Shown: one piece after another, positions 8,392 through 19,405 of the stretch
Position numbering within the stretch: position 1 is the first letter of the stretch
Layout of the letters: each line of letters begins with the position of its first letter
Virus record (IMG/VR): IMGVR_UViG_3300048583_000056
Location: 1,245-65,244 of that record
DNA from: a virus
Taxonomy: Duplodnaviria; Caudoviricetes
Length of the DNA stretch: 64,000 bases
Strand: one strand, 5' to 3'
The notes under the pieces: generated by a model
Seen by the model: the letters and a program-made list of their open reading frames with translations, nothing else
Databases searched by the model: none
What the model was told of the DNA's origin: nothing
Translations under genes and position numbers: made by a program

Positions 8392-9805
8392 ATTGGATTA
8401 TAACAATTCCTATAGAAGGGGAAAAATATTTGGTGATCCCGACTTAATTTTTAAAGTCAGGGATCACTTTTCTGTGGACAAGGTAGAAGTTAATAATCCC
8501 AATGCGAAAGATCTCCGATTTGATATTGAAACGAAGGACTATGCAATCCAACCAACTGGATATTTTGATTTCGGATTAGCATCCGAAATTGAGCATTTCA
8601 TACAATGTTCAAATATTCCATATACTAGAACAGAAAATTATGAAAAGAACAAAGATTGTGGATACTCTTCTGGTGATATTTTTGATGGGCTTAATTATCC
8701 TAACCGCTATTACGGACTGGATACACTACAAATTTGCCTCCAAGAAGGGCGCGGGACAGTAGTTTGGGCAACTGGTGCAGGTAAAAGCTTTCTCCAAGCA
8801 TCTCTAGTTGAAAATATATGGAGAAAATCTGATAGACCATTCAAATGCATAATTGTAGTTCCGGGATTGAACCTAGTTCATCAGCTTGTGGACAACTTTG
8901 AGGAATATGGTGTGAATTTCACTTATTCTGGGTGGACTGGTGGAGCGAAAGGTTTACCCTTGCAACAAACAGAAGTGGTTATTTCTAATAGTGAGAACTT
9001 CAATTCCAAATTTGATGATAACCTGAAGTGGTTGAGAGAAGTTGATTTGGTTTTAGTTGATGAGTGTCACAAAATCCGTAAGGGGAATGTCCTATCCAAG
9101 AACATTGGTAAAATAAAGACTCCCCATAAGTTTGGGTTCACAGGAACCTTGCCTAAGCCACAAGTTGATATCTGGAAGATCACTGGAAGTTTTGGTCCAG
9201 TTGTATACGAAAAGAAATCCAAAGAGCTTAGAGATGAAGGATTTTTGACCAATGCTAGGATCAAGATGGTGAAACTGATGCACCCTAATGTCCGATATAT
9301 GAACTATAAACGCGAATTAAGCTTTGTATATCAGTCATTACAGAGAAACCACACAATCAAGAAAATAGCTTCTGGATTGTCAGAGAATACATTGATTCTA
9401 GTCAACCATATCGAGCACGGTGAGAGTATTCTGAAGTTGATGGCGACTATACCCAACAAAGAAGCTTATTTTATCTGTGGAGAGATGCCAGTCGAGGAAA
9501 GACAGGACATTATCCATAAAATGGAAGAACAAAACGATATAATCGTTGTCGCCATGGCATCTATCTTTTCCACCGGGATAAATATAAAGAATCTTCACTA
9601 CATACTTTTCATTGCTGGTGGAAAAAGCTTCATTCGAATCGTTCAAGGTATCGGTAGAGGTCTTAGGTTGCACGAAAATAAAAACTTCTTGACAATCATA
9701 GATGTGTATGATAATCTCGAATATAGTGAGCAACATGCTGAAGAGAGAAAGCTTATATATGACGATGAACAAATTGAGTGGAAGGAAATCGAAGTAATTT
9801 TATGA
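8360..9805 (+). CDS. uvsW: UvsW SF2 helicase (start probably 8381/8384)
   Basis: ATGAGKS, DECH, GFTGT, STGINIKNLH, QGIGRGLR. Confidence 0.92.
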   Translation: MSVIGDIMMIELDYNNSYRRGKIFGDPDLIFKVRDHFSVDKVEVNNPNAKDLRFDIETKDYAIQPTGYFDFGLASEIEHFIQCSNIPYTRTENYEKNKDCGYSSGDIFDGLNYPNRYYGLDTLQICLQEGRGTVVWATGAGKSFLQASLVENIWRKSDRPFKCIIVVPGLNLVHQLVDNFEEYGVNFTYSGWTGGAKGLPLQQTEVVISNSENFNSKFDDNLKWLREVDLVLVDECHKIRKGNVLSKNIGKIKTPHKFGFTGTLPKPQVDIWKITGSFGPVVYEKKSKELRDEGFLTNARIKMVKLMHPNVRYMNYKRELSFVYQSLQRNHTIKKIASGLSENTLILVNHIEHGESILKLMATIPNKEAYFICGEMPVEERQDIIHKMEEQNDIIVVAMASIFSTGINIKNLHYILFIAGGKSFIRIVQGIGRGLRLHENKNFLTIIDVYDNLEYSEQHAEERKLIYDDEQIEWKEIEVIL

Positions 9806-10365
9806 AGAAAAAACGTGCTCTTGTAGAAAAAGAAGAATTCTTCAATGGATTTGAGAAATTTGTTCCCGAAGAAAAACCACCTTTGGAACAAGTGGTTAAG
9901 AAGACCAAAAAGGTTAAGACTGAATTGGAACTTAATTACTATGTTTCACCGAAGCTATTCCGTCAACAAATCCAAACATATTACGAGTCAGACATCATGA
10001 ATGATGAACTTGCTATGAATCTGGTGAAGATTGCCGAAGGACTCAGTTACAAATACAATTTTATCAACTATACTAAGACTTGGAAGGATGAAATGATCGG
10101 TGATGCAATCGTTAAGATGTATACCGCTCTAGAATCCAAGAAATTTCGAATAGAATCAGAGTTCTCACCATTTGCTTATTTCAATCAGATTGCTTGGAAT
10201 GCTTTCTCTAACCGAATCAAAAAGGAGAAGAAACAACACGACGGACTGGAAGAATATAAACAAATGTGTTATGAGGATTCCATGAATGATCCAGAATCAC
10301 AAGGACATGTTTACGTTAAGCCAATGATGGATTCAGATGAAAACGATGGAGGATACGACGACTAA
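9778..10365 (+). CDS. gp55: Late-transcription sigma factor gp55
   Basis: KIAEGLSYKYNFINYT, DEMIGDA, PFAYFNQIAWNAF..RIKKEKKQ. Confidence 0.88.
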   Translation: MEGNRSNFMKKKRALVEKEEFFNGFEKFVPEEKPPLEQVVKKTKKVKTELELNYYVSPKLFRQQIQTYYESDIMNDELAMNLVKIAEGLSYKYNFINYTKTWKDEMIGDAIVKMYTALESKKFRIESEFSPFAYFNQIAWNAFSNRIKKEKKQHDGLEEYKQMCYEDSMNDPESQGHVYVKPMMDSDENDGGYDD

Positions 10366-10772
10366 TGTTTGACACTCATAATTATAGAACTGGCGACTCT
10401 TATACTAGAGTCGATGTGATAGAAAAAAGAGCAGCAACCGATGAATCTGTCCGTCTTCTTAGGGAGATGGAAGAAAAGGCACTGAATAATATCTTGGCTT
10501 GTGTCAAAGTTGATGATAACGAATTCAAAGCTACTTGGTGGACCTATACCGACAATTTTTCATATAATGATAAAGTTGGATGTAGATTTAACTTGAATGG
10601 TAAACAATATGAATTCAAAATTGACCTACCTTGCAAGTATTCTGGTAATGTTTCCGAAATTGGACTCTTAGTTAAGAATGCTGTTCAAGAAGAGATATCA
10701 AAGATTTTGACACTGGATTTGTTTGTTAATAGCGGTAGAATAATCAGAGACGTATATGCTCAAAAAATCTAA
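10365..10772 (+). CDS. Hypothetical protein
   Basis: 135-aa coupled ORF. Confidence 0.7.
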   Translation: MFDTHNYRTGDSYTRVDVIEKRAATDESVRLLREMEEKALNNILACVKVDDNEFKATWWTYTDNFSYNDKVGCRFNLNGKQYEFKIDLPCKYSGNVSEIGLLVKNAVQEEISKILTLDLFVNSGRIIRDVYAQKI

Positions 10773-11772
10773 AGTAGCCATTTTCTCAGATCTTCACTTG
10801 GGGGTTCATGGTAACTCCGAAGAGTGGCATAAGATCGCTCTTGAGTGGGCGGATTGGATCATTGCTGAATTGAACGAAAAAGGTATCAAGGATATTTTCT
10901 TTCTTGGTGACTTTTTTGATAATCGTGCAGAGATCTCGGTGCAAACATTGCATATAGCATCTATCATCCTTGATAAGTTTAGAGATTTCAATCTTTTCAT
11001 GATTATCGGGAACCATGATGCGTTCTATAAGAACCGTTCCGACATTCATAGTCTTGGTCTAGCCAATGGCTACCCGAATATCACTATTATCGATAAGAAT
11101 TTGGAGTTTGAAGACTATGGCAAGAAATTACTATTTGTTCCATGGGAGAACGAGCTTCCTAAAGGGAAATTCGACCATATTTTTGGACACTTTGAAATTC
11201 AGAGTTTCAAGATGAATAATTTCAAGGTTTGTGATAAAGGATTTCAGGTTTCTGATCTTTTATCGAAAACTAAGAGTGTATTCTCTGGACACTTTCACCG
11301 TAGAAGCACAGGAACATATAATAATGGAGTTATTACATACGTCGGTAATCCCTTCTCTATGGATTTTGCTGATGTGGCCAACAAGAAAGGTTATCACATC
11401 CTAAACATCGAAACTGGTGGTTTAGAGTTCTTCGAAAACACCGTATCTCCAAAGTTTAATAAAATCATTCTGTCAAACATCAAATCTGTTAAAGAGGAAG
11501 ATGTGAAAAACAATTTCGTCAAATTGGTGGTGGACTTGGTGATGGAAGATGCTAAACTGGACAAGTTCAAGGCGTATCTGAACAAATTTTCTCCTTACCG
11601 CTTGATTATGGAACACAACACAGCATCAAATACTATTGATAATGTGGAAGAACTGGATTCGATCAATATCATGGAGATGTTTGACGAGTTTATCGAACAG
11701 ATGAACTTGGAAGAAGCGCAAGAGACTAGAATCAATAAGATAATCGGTGAGCTATATGAAAAATGTAAATAA
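10756..11772 (+). CDS. gp47: Recombination nuclease gp47 (Mre11/SbcD-like)
   Basis: SDLHLG, LGDFFD, GNHD, GHFE, SGHFH. Confidence 0.92.
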   Translation: MLKKSKVAIFSDLHLGVHGNSEEWHKIALEWADWIIAELNEKGIKDIFFLGDFFDNRAEISVQTLHIASIILDKFRDFNLFMIIGNHDAFYKNRSDIHSLGLANGYPNITIIDKNLEFEDYGKKLLFVPWENELPKGKFDHIFGHFEIQSFKMNNFKVCDKGFQVSDLLSKTKSVFSGHFHRRSTGTYNNGVITYVGNPFSMDFADVANKKGYHILNIETGGLEFFENTVSPKFNKIILSNIKSVKEEDVKNNFVKLVVDLVMEDAKLDKFKAYLNKFSPYRLIMEHNTASNTIDNVEELDSINIMEMFDEFIEQMNLEEAQETRINKIIGELYEKCK

Positions 11773-11965
11773 CACAGCAATTTTGAAGAACGCTGAATGT
11801 GTGGATTGTGGATGGGCCATAATTGATATATGTTGCAATGGGCAAGATGAACCATTTGCCTTATGGGATTGGTGGTGGTATTGTTCGAATAAATCATGTA
11901 AAAATCATTTTGGTGAAGGGGTATTTCAGAATATCCCAGATTTTGTCAAATATGAAGAAAATTGA
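11747..11965 (+). CDS. Small Cys/Trp-rich protein
   Basis: CxxC...CC...CxxxxCxxH pattern; fills gap. Confidence 0.55.
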   Translation: MSYMKNVNNTAILKNAECVDCGWAIIDICCNGQDEPFALWDWWWYCSNKSCKNHFGEGVFQNIPDFVKYEEN

Positions 11966-11987
11966 ATATAAGATACTAAATAATTGA

Positions 11988-12725
11988 ATGAGAAAACATT
12001 CACAGTATCCAAAAGAAGCAGGGATTTATAAAATAACTAGCAATATTACAGGAAAAATATACATAGGAAAATCGGTTAATATTTATAATAGAATAGCTAG
12101 TCATAAGTCTGCAACAGAGGATGGACATCTACATAATGCTATTAGAAAATATGGTTGGGACTCATTTTCGGTAGAGATCTTAGAAATTTTTGAAGATTTT
12201 AGAATAGAAGATAACGAGACTTTACTACAAAGAGAGGCATATTATATAAATTTATTTGAATCTGCAAATAGGGATATAGGTTATAATATATGTGAATTTT
12301 CGAATGATAGAACTGGAGTATTGGCGTCAAATCAAACTAAAGAAAAGATGAGAAATAAGATAGTTTCTCAAGAAACTAGAGAAAAGATGAGAAAATCTAT
12401 GCTGGGTAAAACTCATACCAAAGAAACTAGGGAAAAAATGAGCAAGGCCAGAATGGGTATGGTATTTTCCGAGTCAACTAAAGAAAAAATGAGTAATTGG
12501 GTTCGTAATGATGAGACTAGAGAAAAAATTCGACAAGCAAATTTAGGGCGAAAACATTCAGAAGAAACTAAAAAGAAGATGCGTGATGCTAAATTGGGGT
12601 GTAGCAAATCAGAAGAGACCAAGGAAAAAATGAGAAAACCTAAATCTGCTTCCCATAGAGAAAATATAAGGCTCAGTTGGATTAAGAGAAAACATGAGAA
12701 GAAAATAAGTCAAGAACATGCGTAA
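11988..12725 (+). CDS. GIY-YIG homing endonuclease with NUMOD3 repeats
   Basis: GIYKIT..KIYIG and repeated (H)SEETKEKM units; TAAATA 11977-11982. Confidence 0.9.
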   Translation: MRKHSQYPKEAGIYKITSNITGKIYIGKSVNIYNRIASHKSATEDGHLHNAIRKYGWDSFSVEILEIFEDFRIEDNETLLQREAYYINLFESANRDIGYNICEFSNDRTGVLASNQTKEKMRNKIVSQETREKMRKSMLGKTHTKETREKMSKARMGMVFSESTKEKMSNWVRNDETREKIRQANLGRKHSEETKKKMRDAKLGCSKSEETKEKMRKPKSASHRENIRLSWIKRKHEKKISQEHA

Positions 12726-14511
12726 TATAAAATATAAAACCCTTAAGATTCAGAACTTTCTGAGTGTTGGAAATGATGTGGTAGAAATTGAATTCCAGAA
12801 AGGTCTTAATCAGATTGACGGAATCAATTGCGATATCCCCGATAGAAAAAATGGTGTCGGTAAGTCTGTCGGCATGAACGCTTTCTTCTTTGCATTGTTT
12901 GGTGAAACAATCGATAAGATCAAATCCGAATTCGTGGTAAACAACATCACGAAAGGTAAAGGTATGATTGAGTTGGAATTTGATGTAGAGACTGCACAAG
13001 GAATCAATTCTTATACCATTAAGAGACAGGTGAAACCATCCAAGGTATCCTTGTTTCAAGGGATCGAAGATATCACCAAACCAAGTATCCGTGATACGGA
13101 CAAATACATCTGTGATCTACTATCTACGAATGCTAGTATCTATAGGTGCTGTGATATCATGACTGTTCGTGATACTAAGCCTTTCATGGATATGAAAGCT
13201 GAAGATAAGCGTGCTTTCATCGATGACATCTTCTCTATCAATGTTTTTGGGGTTATGCTCAAAGACTTGAAGAAGACAATTACTGAAACAAAAAAGGATA
13301 GAGATATTTCATCTGCCAAATATACAGAAATTCTTAGGAACTACGAGTCTTTGGAAAAACAGAGAGCTATCATCATCAAGGAAAACGAAGAAAGAGAAGA
13401 AATTCTCCAAAAACGAAAAGATGATCTCGATGCAAAAATCGAGGATATGAAGGCTAGGATTGATGAGATAGAAATTCTAGATGTTGAACCTATCAACGAT
13501 AACATCAAAAAACTCAACGATGCGTGGACTGCTTTAGATGGGCAGATTGCTAGTTGCGTTTTCAGATCTTCCCAAGCGGAAGTTATAATCAACACCAAAC
13601 AATCAGAGATTGATAAATGTTCTCATATTGATTCCGGTGTCGATTGCCCGAAGTGCTTACAATTAATTGGTGTTGAACATGTCGAACGATTAAAAGGGTT
13701 GGCGACTGAATACCAAGTTGTTCTGGATGCTGCTATAGAAGAATTAGCATCCGCTAAAGCTGATAAAGAAGCTCTCAATAACAAGAAGACCAAAATTCAA
13801 ACCAAATTGGGTGAATTGAGTGATCAAGTTAAAAAAGCAGTTGCGGATCAACAAAGAAAAGATTCTTACCGTGGCACTCTTGCTGATTATTATGTCATGA
13901 TGGATGAAATCGATGATGACATGGGTAAGAAATCATCATCACTCGAAGCATTTGATTCTGGTCTAGAATCTGAAGGTAAGAGAAAGAAAGAAGAACTTGA
14001 GATCTTAGATGGTTTGAATGAAAAACTTGCCGATTTGGAAGTTTGTAAATTCATCCTTGGTGAAGAAGGGGTTAAGAGTTTTGTTGTTAAAAAGCTTCTA
14101 GATCTATTGAATAATACCATCGAAAAGTATCTGGTTGCACTCGGTCTTGATGTCAGAGTGAAATTTGATGAATATTTCGAAGAGATTATTACTTCTGGCG
14201 GAAAGGTTTTCTCCTATAAGAATGCTTCTGGTGCAGAAAAGAAGTCTCTGGATTTTGCATGTGCATTTAGCTTCTCTGATATGAGAAGAAAGATCAACCA
14301 AGTATCATCTAATCTGGAATTCTTCGATGAGGTTTTTGACAGTGCCGTGGATGGTAAAGGATTAGATCTTGTTATGGGCGTAATCAAAGACAGGATCGAT
14401 AAAAACGATATGTCGGTTTATGTGATTTCCCATAGAAAAGAAATGGCCTCACATATCGACGGGGAGGTTGTTTTACTCGAAAAGAGGGGTAAAATTACTC
14501 GAAGAATCTAA
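12718..14511 (+). CDS. gp46: Recombination ATPase gp46 (Rad50/SbcC-like)
   Basis: NFLSVG, NGVGKS, Zn-hook CPKC, SGAEK, DEVFD, VISH. Confidence 0.93.
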   Translation: MRNIKYKTLKIQNFLSVGNDVVEIEFQKGLNQIDGINCDIPDRKNGVGKSVGMNAFFFALFGETIDKIKSEFVVNNITKGKGMIELEFDVETAQGINSYTIKRQVKPSKVSLFQGIEDITKPSIRDTDKYICDLLSTNASIYRCCDIMTVRDTKPFMDMKAEDKRAFIDDIFSINVFGVMLKDLKKTITETKKDRDISSAKYTEILRNYESLEKQRAIIIKENEEREEILQKRKDDLDAKIEDMKARIDEIEILDVEPINDNIKKLNDAWTALDGQIASCVFRSSQAEVIINTKQSEIDKCSHIDSGVDCPKCLQLIGVEHVERLKGLATEYQVVLDAAIEELASAKADKEALNNKKTKIQTKLGELSDQVKKAVADQQRKDSYRGTLADYYVMMDEIDDDMGKKSSSLEAFDSGLESEGKRKKEELEILDGLNEKLADLEVCKFILGEEGVKSFVVKKLLDLLNNTIEKYLVALGLDVRVKFDEYFEEIITSGGKVFSYKNASGAEKKSLDFACAFSFSDMRRKINQVSSNLEFFDEVFDSAVDGKGLDLVMGVIKDRIDKNDMSVYVISHRKEMASHIDGEVVLLEKRGKITRRI

Positions 14512-14519
14512 ATATAAAT

Positions 14520-15134
14520 ATGTTTCCGTCTCAAGAAAACCAAAGAATTTACAAATTATATGAATCCCCTGATAATATCAGGGTTGGTGAGAAGAGGTAT
14601 AATTATGACGACAGGTCTCTGGGAAACTACACGTGCATAATTGATGCATATGGCCATTTTGTCATGACAAATAAAGTTCAAGGTCATGGTGAACTAAGAA
14701 GACTCGTCAGAGCGAGCACTGATCTTTCTGATATGGTGAAATCGAATACGGGATCGGATTCGGCTACAAGAGAATTAGCGGGTCAAACAAACGAAATTCG
14801 AATTTGGCCCAAGTTTGAAATTGTGAGCATGTGGAACTTGTATGGTCTTGGGGATTATTTGCCAGCTATTTTTGCAGCTATCACTGCCGCTGGTGGAAAT
14901 CCAGAGACATATATGTATGATAAATATGACTCCGATGGATATGTGTCATATGATGAAATAGTTGCAGAAGAATCTACCGATGAGGATAGGAAAAAACAAG
15001 CAGATGCAACTGCACAAAAAGCAAGAGATCAAAAAAAACTGGGTGATTATATGGCCAGAAGTAGAGACAAGGATTTTGGTTTGAATACTGGAGAACCTTC
15101 CTTTTACAACCAGAAGAAATTACCTAGATTTTAA
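14520..15134 (+). CDS. Hypothetical late (putative internal) protein
   Basis: TAAATA 14509-14514; leader ending KLYES. Confidence 0.6.
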   Translation: MFPSQENQRIYKLYESPDNIRVGEKRYNYDDRSLGNYTCIIDAYGHFVMTNKVQGHGELRRLVRASTDLSDMVKSNTGSDSATRELAGQTNEIRIWPKFEIVSMWNLYGLGDYLPAIFAAITAAGGNPETYMYDKYDSDGYVSYDEIVAEESTDEDRKKQADATAQKARDQKKLGDYMARSRDKDFGLNTGEPSFYNQKKLPRF

Positions 15135-15136
15135 AG

Positions 15137-16372
15137 TTGACAATAAAACATGATGAAATAAATATCGTCATGTTCGTCAATGCTAGCCCATTTGTGTCCC
15201 CATTTCCAGCTTCTCCCTATGTTGTAAAAACTCCTGAAAAGGTTGTTGTTCGAGAAGAACCAAAGGAGAATAGATATCTGAATTTTGCTGCTGGTAGAGA
15301 TGGTTGTTTCGCATATCGTCGTGGATTCCTATCCAATCATATCAACATGACCGGAATCGGTGATTGTATGGATACCACTAAAATGGTTCTTGATAAGAAC
15401 TTCTATTACGGGTTTAAAACCATCACTCTACAAAGACAAGCATCTGCTCACCAAAAAGAGTTTATGTCTTTCTTGAAATCTATTCAGAAAGAAATTGGGT
15501 TTAAATTAATCTACGAAGTGGATGATGTTGTCTTCAGAGAAGAGATTCCTGACTATAATGCATCAAAATTTGGCTTCGACTCCGAAGAGATTCGTCAGAA
15601 TTGTATTGATATGATCAATATGGTGGACGAAGTCACGGTTACATGTAAATTCATGCGTGATTTATACATCGAAAAAACTGGTAAAAAAGAGATTTCGGTT
15701 GTCCCAAACTTTACACCTTATTCTTGGATCGGTCATCAATACGATTATCGTAAAATTTGTGACAATTTTGAGAAATTCAAGAAAAAACCACGTATTGTAT
15801 ACGCTGGGTCTGGAGCACATTTTGACATGAAAAATGTCACTGGTCAGAAAGATGACTTTACACACGTTCTGAAGTTCATTATCGACAATAGATTTAAGTA
15901 TCAGTTCGTCTTTATTGGTGCCTATCCGCCACCTCTACAGCCTTACGTGGTCGCCCGTGAGATCGAGTTCCACCCATGGAAGAATCTCCTAGAATACCCC
16001 ACATTCTTGGCTTCTTTGAATGCACAATTATTCATTGCTCCTTTACAAGAAAACAACTTCAACAAGTCTAAGTCTGATATCAAGTTTATCGAAGCAGCGC
16101 AACTAGGAATTCCTTGTTTATGCCAAGATTTGGTGACATATTCTAGTGCGCCAGATTTCCTTAGATTCACTACAGGTGAAGATTTGGCTGATAAAGTTGA
16201 AAAAATTATAAGTTGGAAGAATCGTGCGAACTATTATCGCTTGATTCCAGAACTTCGTAAAGTGGGATCTTTCAGATTTTTGGAACTGGAACAAAATGTT
16301 GGTTCATTTCTCGAAGTCTTGGATACTGGTTACAATGATCCAAAAAGACGATTTTGGAAAATGTGGAATTGA
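15137..16372 (+). CDS. GT-B-fold glycosyltransferase (start probably 15170)
   Basis: GCFAYR, LQRQ, YEVDD, VVPNF, APLQENNFNKSKSDIKFIEA. Confidence 0.82.
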   Translation: MTIKHDEINIVMFVNASPFVSPFPASPYVVKTPEKVVVREEPKENRYLNFAAGRDGCFAYRRGFLSNHINMTGIGDCMDTTKMVLDKNFYYGFKTITLQRQASAHQKEFMSFLKSIQKEIGFKLIYEVDDVVFREEIPDYNASKFGFDSEEIRQNCIDMINMVDEVTVTCKFMRDLYIEKTGKKEISVVPNFTPYSWIGHQYDYRKICDNFEKFKKKPRIVYAGSGAHFDMKNVTGQKDDFTHVLKFIIDNRFKYQFVFIGAYPPPLQPYVVAREIEFHPWKNLLEYPTFLASLNAQLFIAPLQENNFNKSKSDIKFIEAAQLGIPCLCQDLVTYSSAPDFLRFTTGEDLADKVEKIISWKNRANYYRLIPELRKVGSFRFLELEQNVGSFLEVLDTGYNDPKRRFWKMWN

Positions 16373-16396
16373 CAATTTTTGAGATCATGGTAAGCT
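16369..16396 (+). promoter_or_regulatory. Sigma70-type early promoter
   Basis: TTGACA-16 bp (ending TGG)-TAAGCT, 6 nt before ATG 16403. Confidence 0.65.
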
Positions 16397-16402
16397 CTGG
16401 TC

Positions 16403-16807
16403 ATGAAGAAGAGTTCCAAGATTTGGAAAATTGTTAAATACGGTCATTCTTATTATTCTGGGCAATATATGTGTTCTACTTTTGGGCCGTATGCTATAGA
16501 TATTCAAAAAATATACGACACGGAACTGGACTGTTTGTTAGATATTGTAACGGAACCAGATAATCATGGACTCAAAGTTTACAAGCACCAAGATCGTGAA
16601 GTATGTGAACGGGACTTATCCTCTAAAAAGGAATTTATACTAATCACCCCATCGACGAAGAGATGGACATTCGAGGGTAAGTATCACACCAAAGAAGAAA
16701 TAGATTCAATGGACCCGTCCACTTACAAGATAACATTTCCAGATCATCCAGTAATAGAATCATACGAAAAAACGGTTTATCATTGGGTGGACGCCTTTCT
16801 TCAATGA
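16403..16807 (+). CDS. Hypothetical early protein
   Basis: 134-aa ORF after promoter. Confidence 0.65.
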   Translation: MKKSSKIWKIVKYGHSYYSGQYMCSTFGPYAIDIQKIYDTELDCLLDIVTEPDNHGLKVYKHQDREVCERDLSSKKEFILITPSTKRWTFEGKYHTKEEIDSMDPSTYKITFPDHPVIESYEKTVYHWVDAFLQ

Positions 16808-16866
16808 TATCAAATATTTTCCAAGATTCTCCTAGTAAGGTTTCTTGGTTTTACAGAAATTAAATT

Positions 16867-19404
16867 ATGTATAGAAATTGCGTTTATAACAACAAAACGA
16901 AAAGTGTGCATCTCTGGACTTGGGACGCAAGCGGAAATAGAGTAAAACAAGAGATACCATTCTCCCCATATATCCACTTAGAGGATAAAAATGGGACAGA
17001 TAGAAGTATCTATGGGACCACTCTAAAGAAGAAGTCTTTTGAGACTCAATATGATCGAGGAAAATTTGTCAAAGAAAGCGGAGTAAAACGCATCTTTGAA
17101 AATCTCCCAGCATATCAACAATTTTTGGTGGATGAATATTATAGGAATTGTCACGATGATGACTTTGCCCAATTTCCCCTAAAGGTATGTTTTGTGGATA
17201 TAGAGTGTCCACATCCTGACAAATTTCCCGAACCTGAACTAGCAGAAGCAGTGGTTAACCTTATTGTTTGCCATGATGGACTAGGTGGTAAAAAGACCGC
17301 ATTTGGACTCAAGGCATATACACCAAAAGACTCAAATGTGAAGTATTACCATTGTAAATCTGAGCATGATTTATTGAAGAGATTTATTGGTTATATCTCA
17401 AGTGATTTTCCAGATGTTTTGTGTGGGTATAACTCCAACGCTTTCGATATTCCGTATCTTATAAATCGAATCACATTTGAACTAGGCACAGACTGGGCAA
17501 ATGAATTGTCTCCTATCGGTAGAATCTACGAGAAGATAAATAATGCCGGGAAATTCGGGCAATCATCCAAGGAATATGTTATAGAAGGAATGGCATGTCT
17601 CGATTATTACGTCATGTATATGAAGTTCAATATGGAGAAGCAACAGTCTTACAAATTGGACGCAATTGCTGAACAAGAACTCGGAGAGAATAAGGTGGAT
17701 TTCAGGGGTAGTTTGTGGGAGTTGGCTAGAGATGACTGGGAAACCTATGTTGATTACTGTATAAAAGACGTAGATTTGGTGGTGAAACTAGACAAGAAAT
17801 TGGACTATATTTCTCTACTCAGATTCCTTGCATATACTGGTTTGTGTTCCTTGGATAATGCCATCAAAACCCTCCCTTGTATGAATGGCGCAATTGCTAT
17901 CCAAGCTAGAGAGCGAGGAGAGCTAATCCCCACATTTGTTAAACCCGTTACCGATTATAGAGCACCGGGTGGATATGTCTCAGACCCTATTATCGGGTTT
18001 TCGAGAAATATTGTGTCTTTTGATGCCAACTCGCTTTACCCATCTGTGATGATTTCATTGAATTTGTCCCCAGAAACAAAGCTTGGTAAAGTTGAGCAAA
18101 GCGGGGACAATGTCATAATCTATCATGTCTCCGGAAGAACCTTTGAGTTGACCAAAGAAAATTTTTTGAAGTATATTACAGAAGAACAAGCAGCACTATC
18201 AAAGTCCGGTCACTTATTTTCTCAAAAAAGAGTGGGAATTGTTCCGGAATTTTTGGACATGCTTTACACCAAACGTAAAGAAATGAAAGCCAAGATGATA
18301 GAGGCCAAAAAACGTGGCGACAAAGAAGCAGAACAGAAATTTGACACAATCCAATATGCTTATAAAATTCACTTGAATAGCTTGTATGGTTACATGCTTA
18401 ATAAATATGCCCCCATGGGAGATGAGGATATTGGAACATCGGTGACATTGACAGGTCAAGCAGCAATCAAAGAAAGTAATAAGTTATTTTTGGAATTTTT
18501 GAACGCTTCGTGTGAAGATGCAGACGAAGCAACAAAGATGAATTCCGTTATTTATAATGATACGGACAGTATTTATACCTCTTTGAAGATTTTCGAAGAT
18601 TATGGCATCCCGTTAAAGGGTAAAGATGGTCTTATTTCACCAGAATTTTATGCTCTATGTGATCAAATCGAAGACTATATCAATGCTGGGATGACTAAAT
18701 GGGCCACAAAAAGTCTTAGAAGTACAGATCCTAGATTTGTGTTCAAGAGAGAGGCTATTTGCGATTCCGGTATTTTTATCGGTAAGAAATATTATGTTCT
18801 ACATAACCTAGATGACGAAGGTATTCCAGTAGATAAGTTCAAATATAAGGGAGTAGATGTGGTTAAAACCACCATGCCAAAGGTCATTAAGCCACATATT
18901 AAGAAGATTATTGAACATATGATTTTGTCTCAGAATTTACAAGAGACGAATAACCTGTTTAATGAAGCATACGAAATCTTCAAAACATTACCGATTGAAA
19001 ATATTTGTAAAATTAGTGGTATGAACAACTTCGAGAAATATTCGAAGCTTTGCAATGGTCTACAAACAGCACCAAAAATGCCGTTCGCTTTAAAGGCTGC
19101 TTATTACCATGATTATATTATGGAGAAGATGGACTTGGTTGCAAAATATGAGAAGTTTAAGTCTGGTGATAAGGTCAGAACTGTCTACGTGAAGACCCCT
19201 AACAAATACAATATCACACACATTGGGTTCAAGGAGGATTACCCTGAAGAATTCGAGAAGATTTTTGAGGTTGACTACGAAAAAATGTTTGATAAGATGG
19301 TCTTTGCTGCCATTCAGAGATTTTACGAAGTGGTGCAATGGAAATTACGTAAACCAAATGAAAACGTAAAAATTGAACTGGAGGACTTTTTAGGAGAAGA
19401 TTAA
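16867..19404 (+). CDS. gp43: Family B DNA polymerase gp43
   Basis: Exo DIE, GYNSNAFDIPY, YCIKDV; pol SFDANSLYPS, KIHLNSLYG, YNDTDS, KKYY. Confidence 0.97.
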   Translation: MYRNCVYNNKTKSVHLWTWDASGNRVKQEIPFSPYIHLEDKNGTDRSIYGTTLKKKSFETQYDRGKFVKESGVKRIFENLPAYQQFLVDEYYRNCHDDDFAQFPLKVCFVDIECPHPDKFPEPELAEAVVNLIVCHDGLGGKKTAFGLKAYTPKDSNVKYYHCKSEHDLLKRFIGYISSDFPDVLCGYNSNAFDIPYLINRITFELGTDWANELSPIGRIYEKINNAGKFGQSSKEYVIEGMACLDYYVMYMKFNMEKQQSYKLDAIAEQELGENKVDFRGSLWELARDDWETYVDYCIKDVDLVVKLDKKLDYISLLRFLAYTGLCSLDNAIKTLPCMNGAIAIQARERGELIPTFVKPVTDYRAPGGYVSDPIIGFSRNIVSFDANSLYPSVMISLNLSPETKLGKVEQSGDNVIIYHVSGRTFELTKENFLKYITEEQAALSKSGHLFSQKRVGIVPEFLDMLYTKRKEMKAKMIEAKKRGDKEAEQKFDTIQYAYKIHLNSLYGYMLNKYAPMGDEDIGTSVTLTGQAAIKESNKLFLEFLNASCEDADEATKMNSVIYNDTDSIYTSLKIFEDYGIPLKGKDGLISPEFYALCDQIEDYINAGMTKWATKSLRSTDPRFVFKREAICDSGIFIGKKYYVLHNLDDEGIPVDKFKYKGVDVVKTTMPKVIKPHIKKIIEHMILSQNLQETNNLFNEAYEIFKTLPIENICKISGMNNFEKYSKLCNGLQTAPKMPFALKAAYYHDYIMEKMDLVAKYEKFKSGDKVRTVYVKTPNKYNITHIGFKEDYPEEFEKIFEVDYEKMFDKMVFAAIQRFYEVVQWKLRKPNENVKIELEDFLGED

Positions 19405-19405
19405 T

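Noticed and set aside
11966-12725. Group I intron around the GIY-YIG ORFs (also 27278-28077)
   Set aside because: Flanking genes are complete and there is no room for intron core structure; the endonucleases are free-standing.
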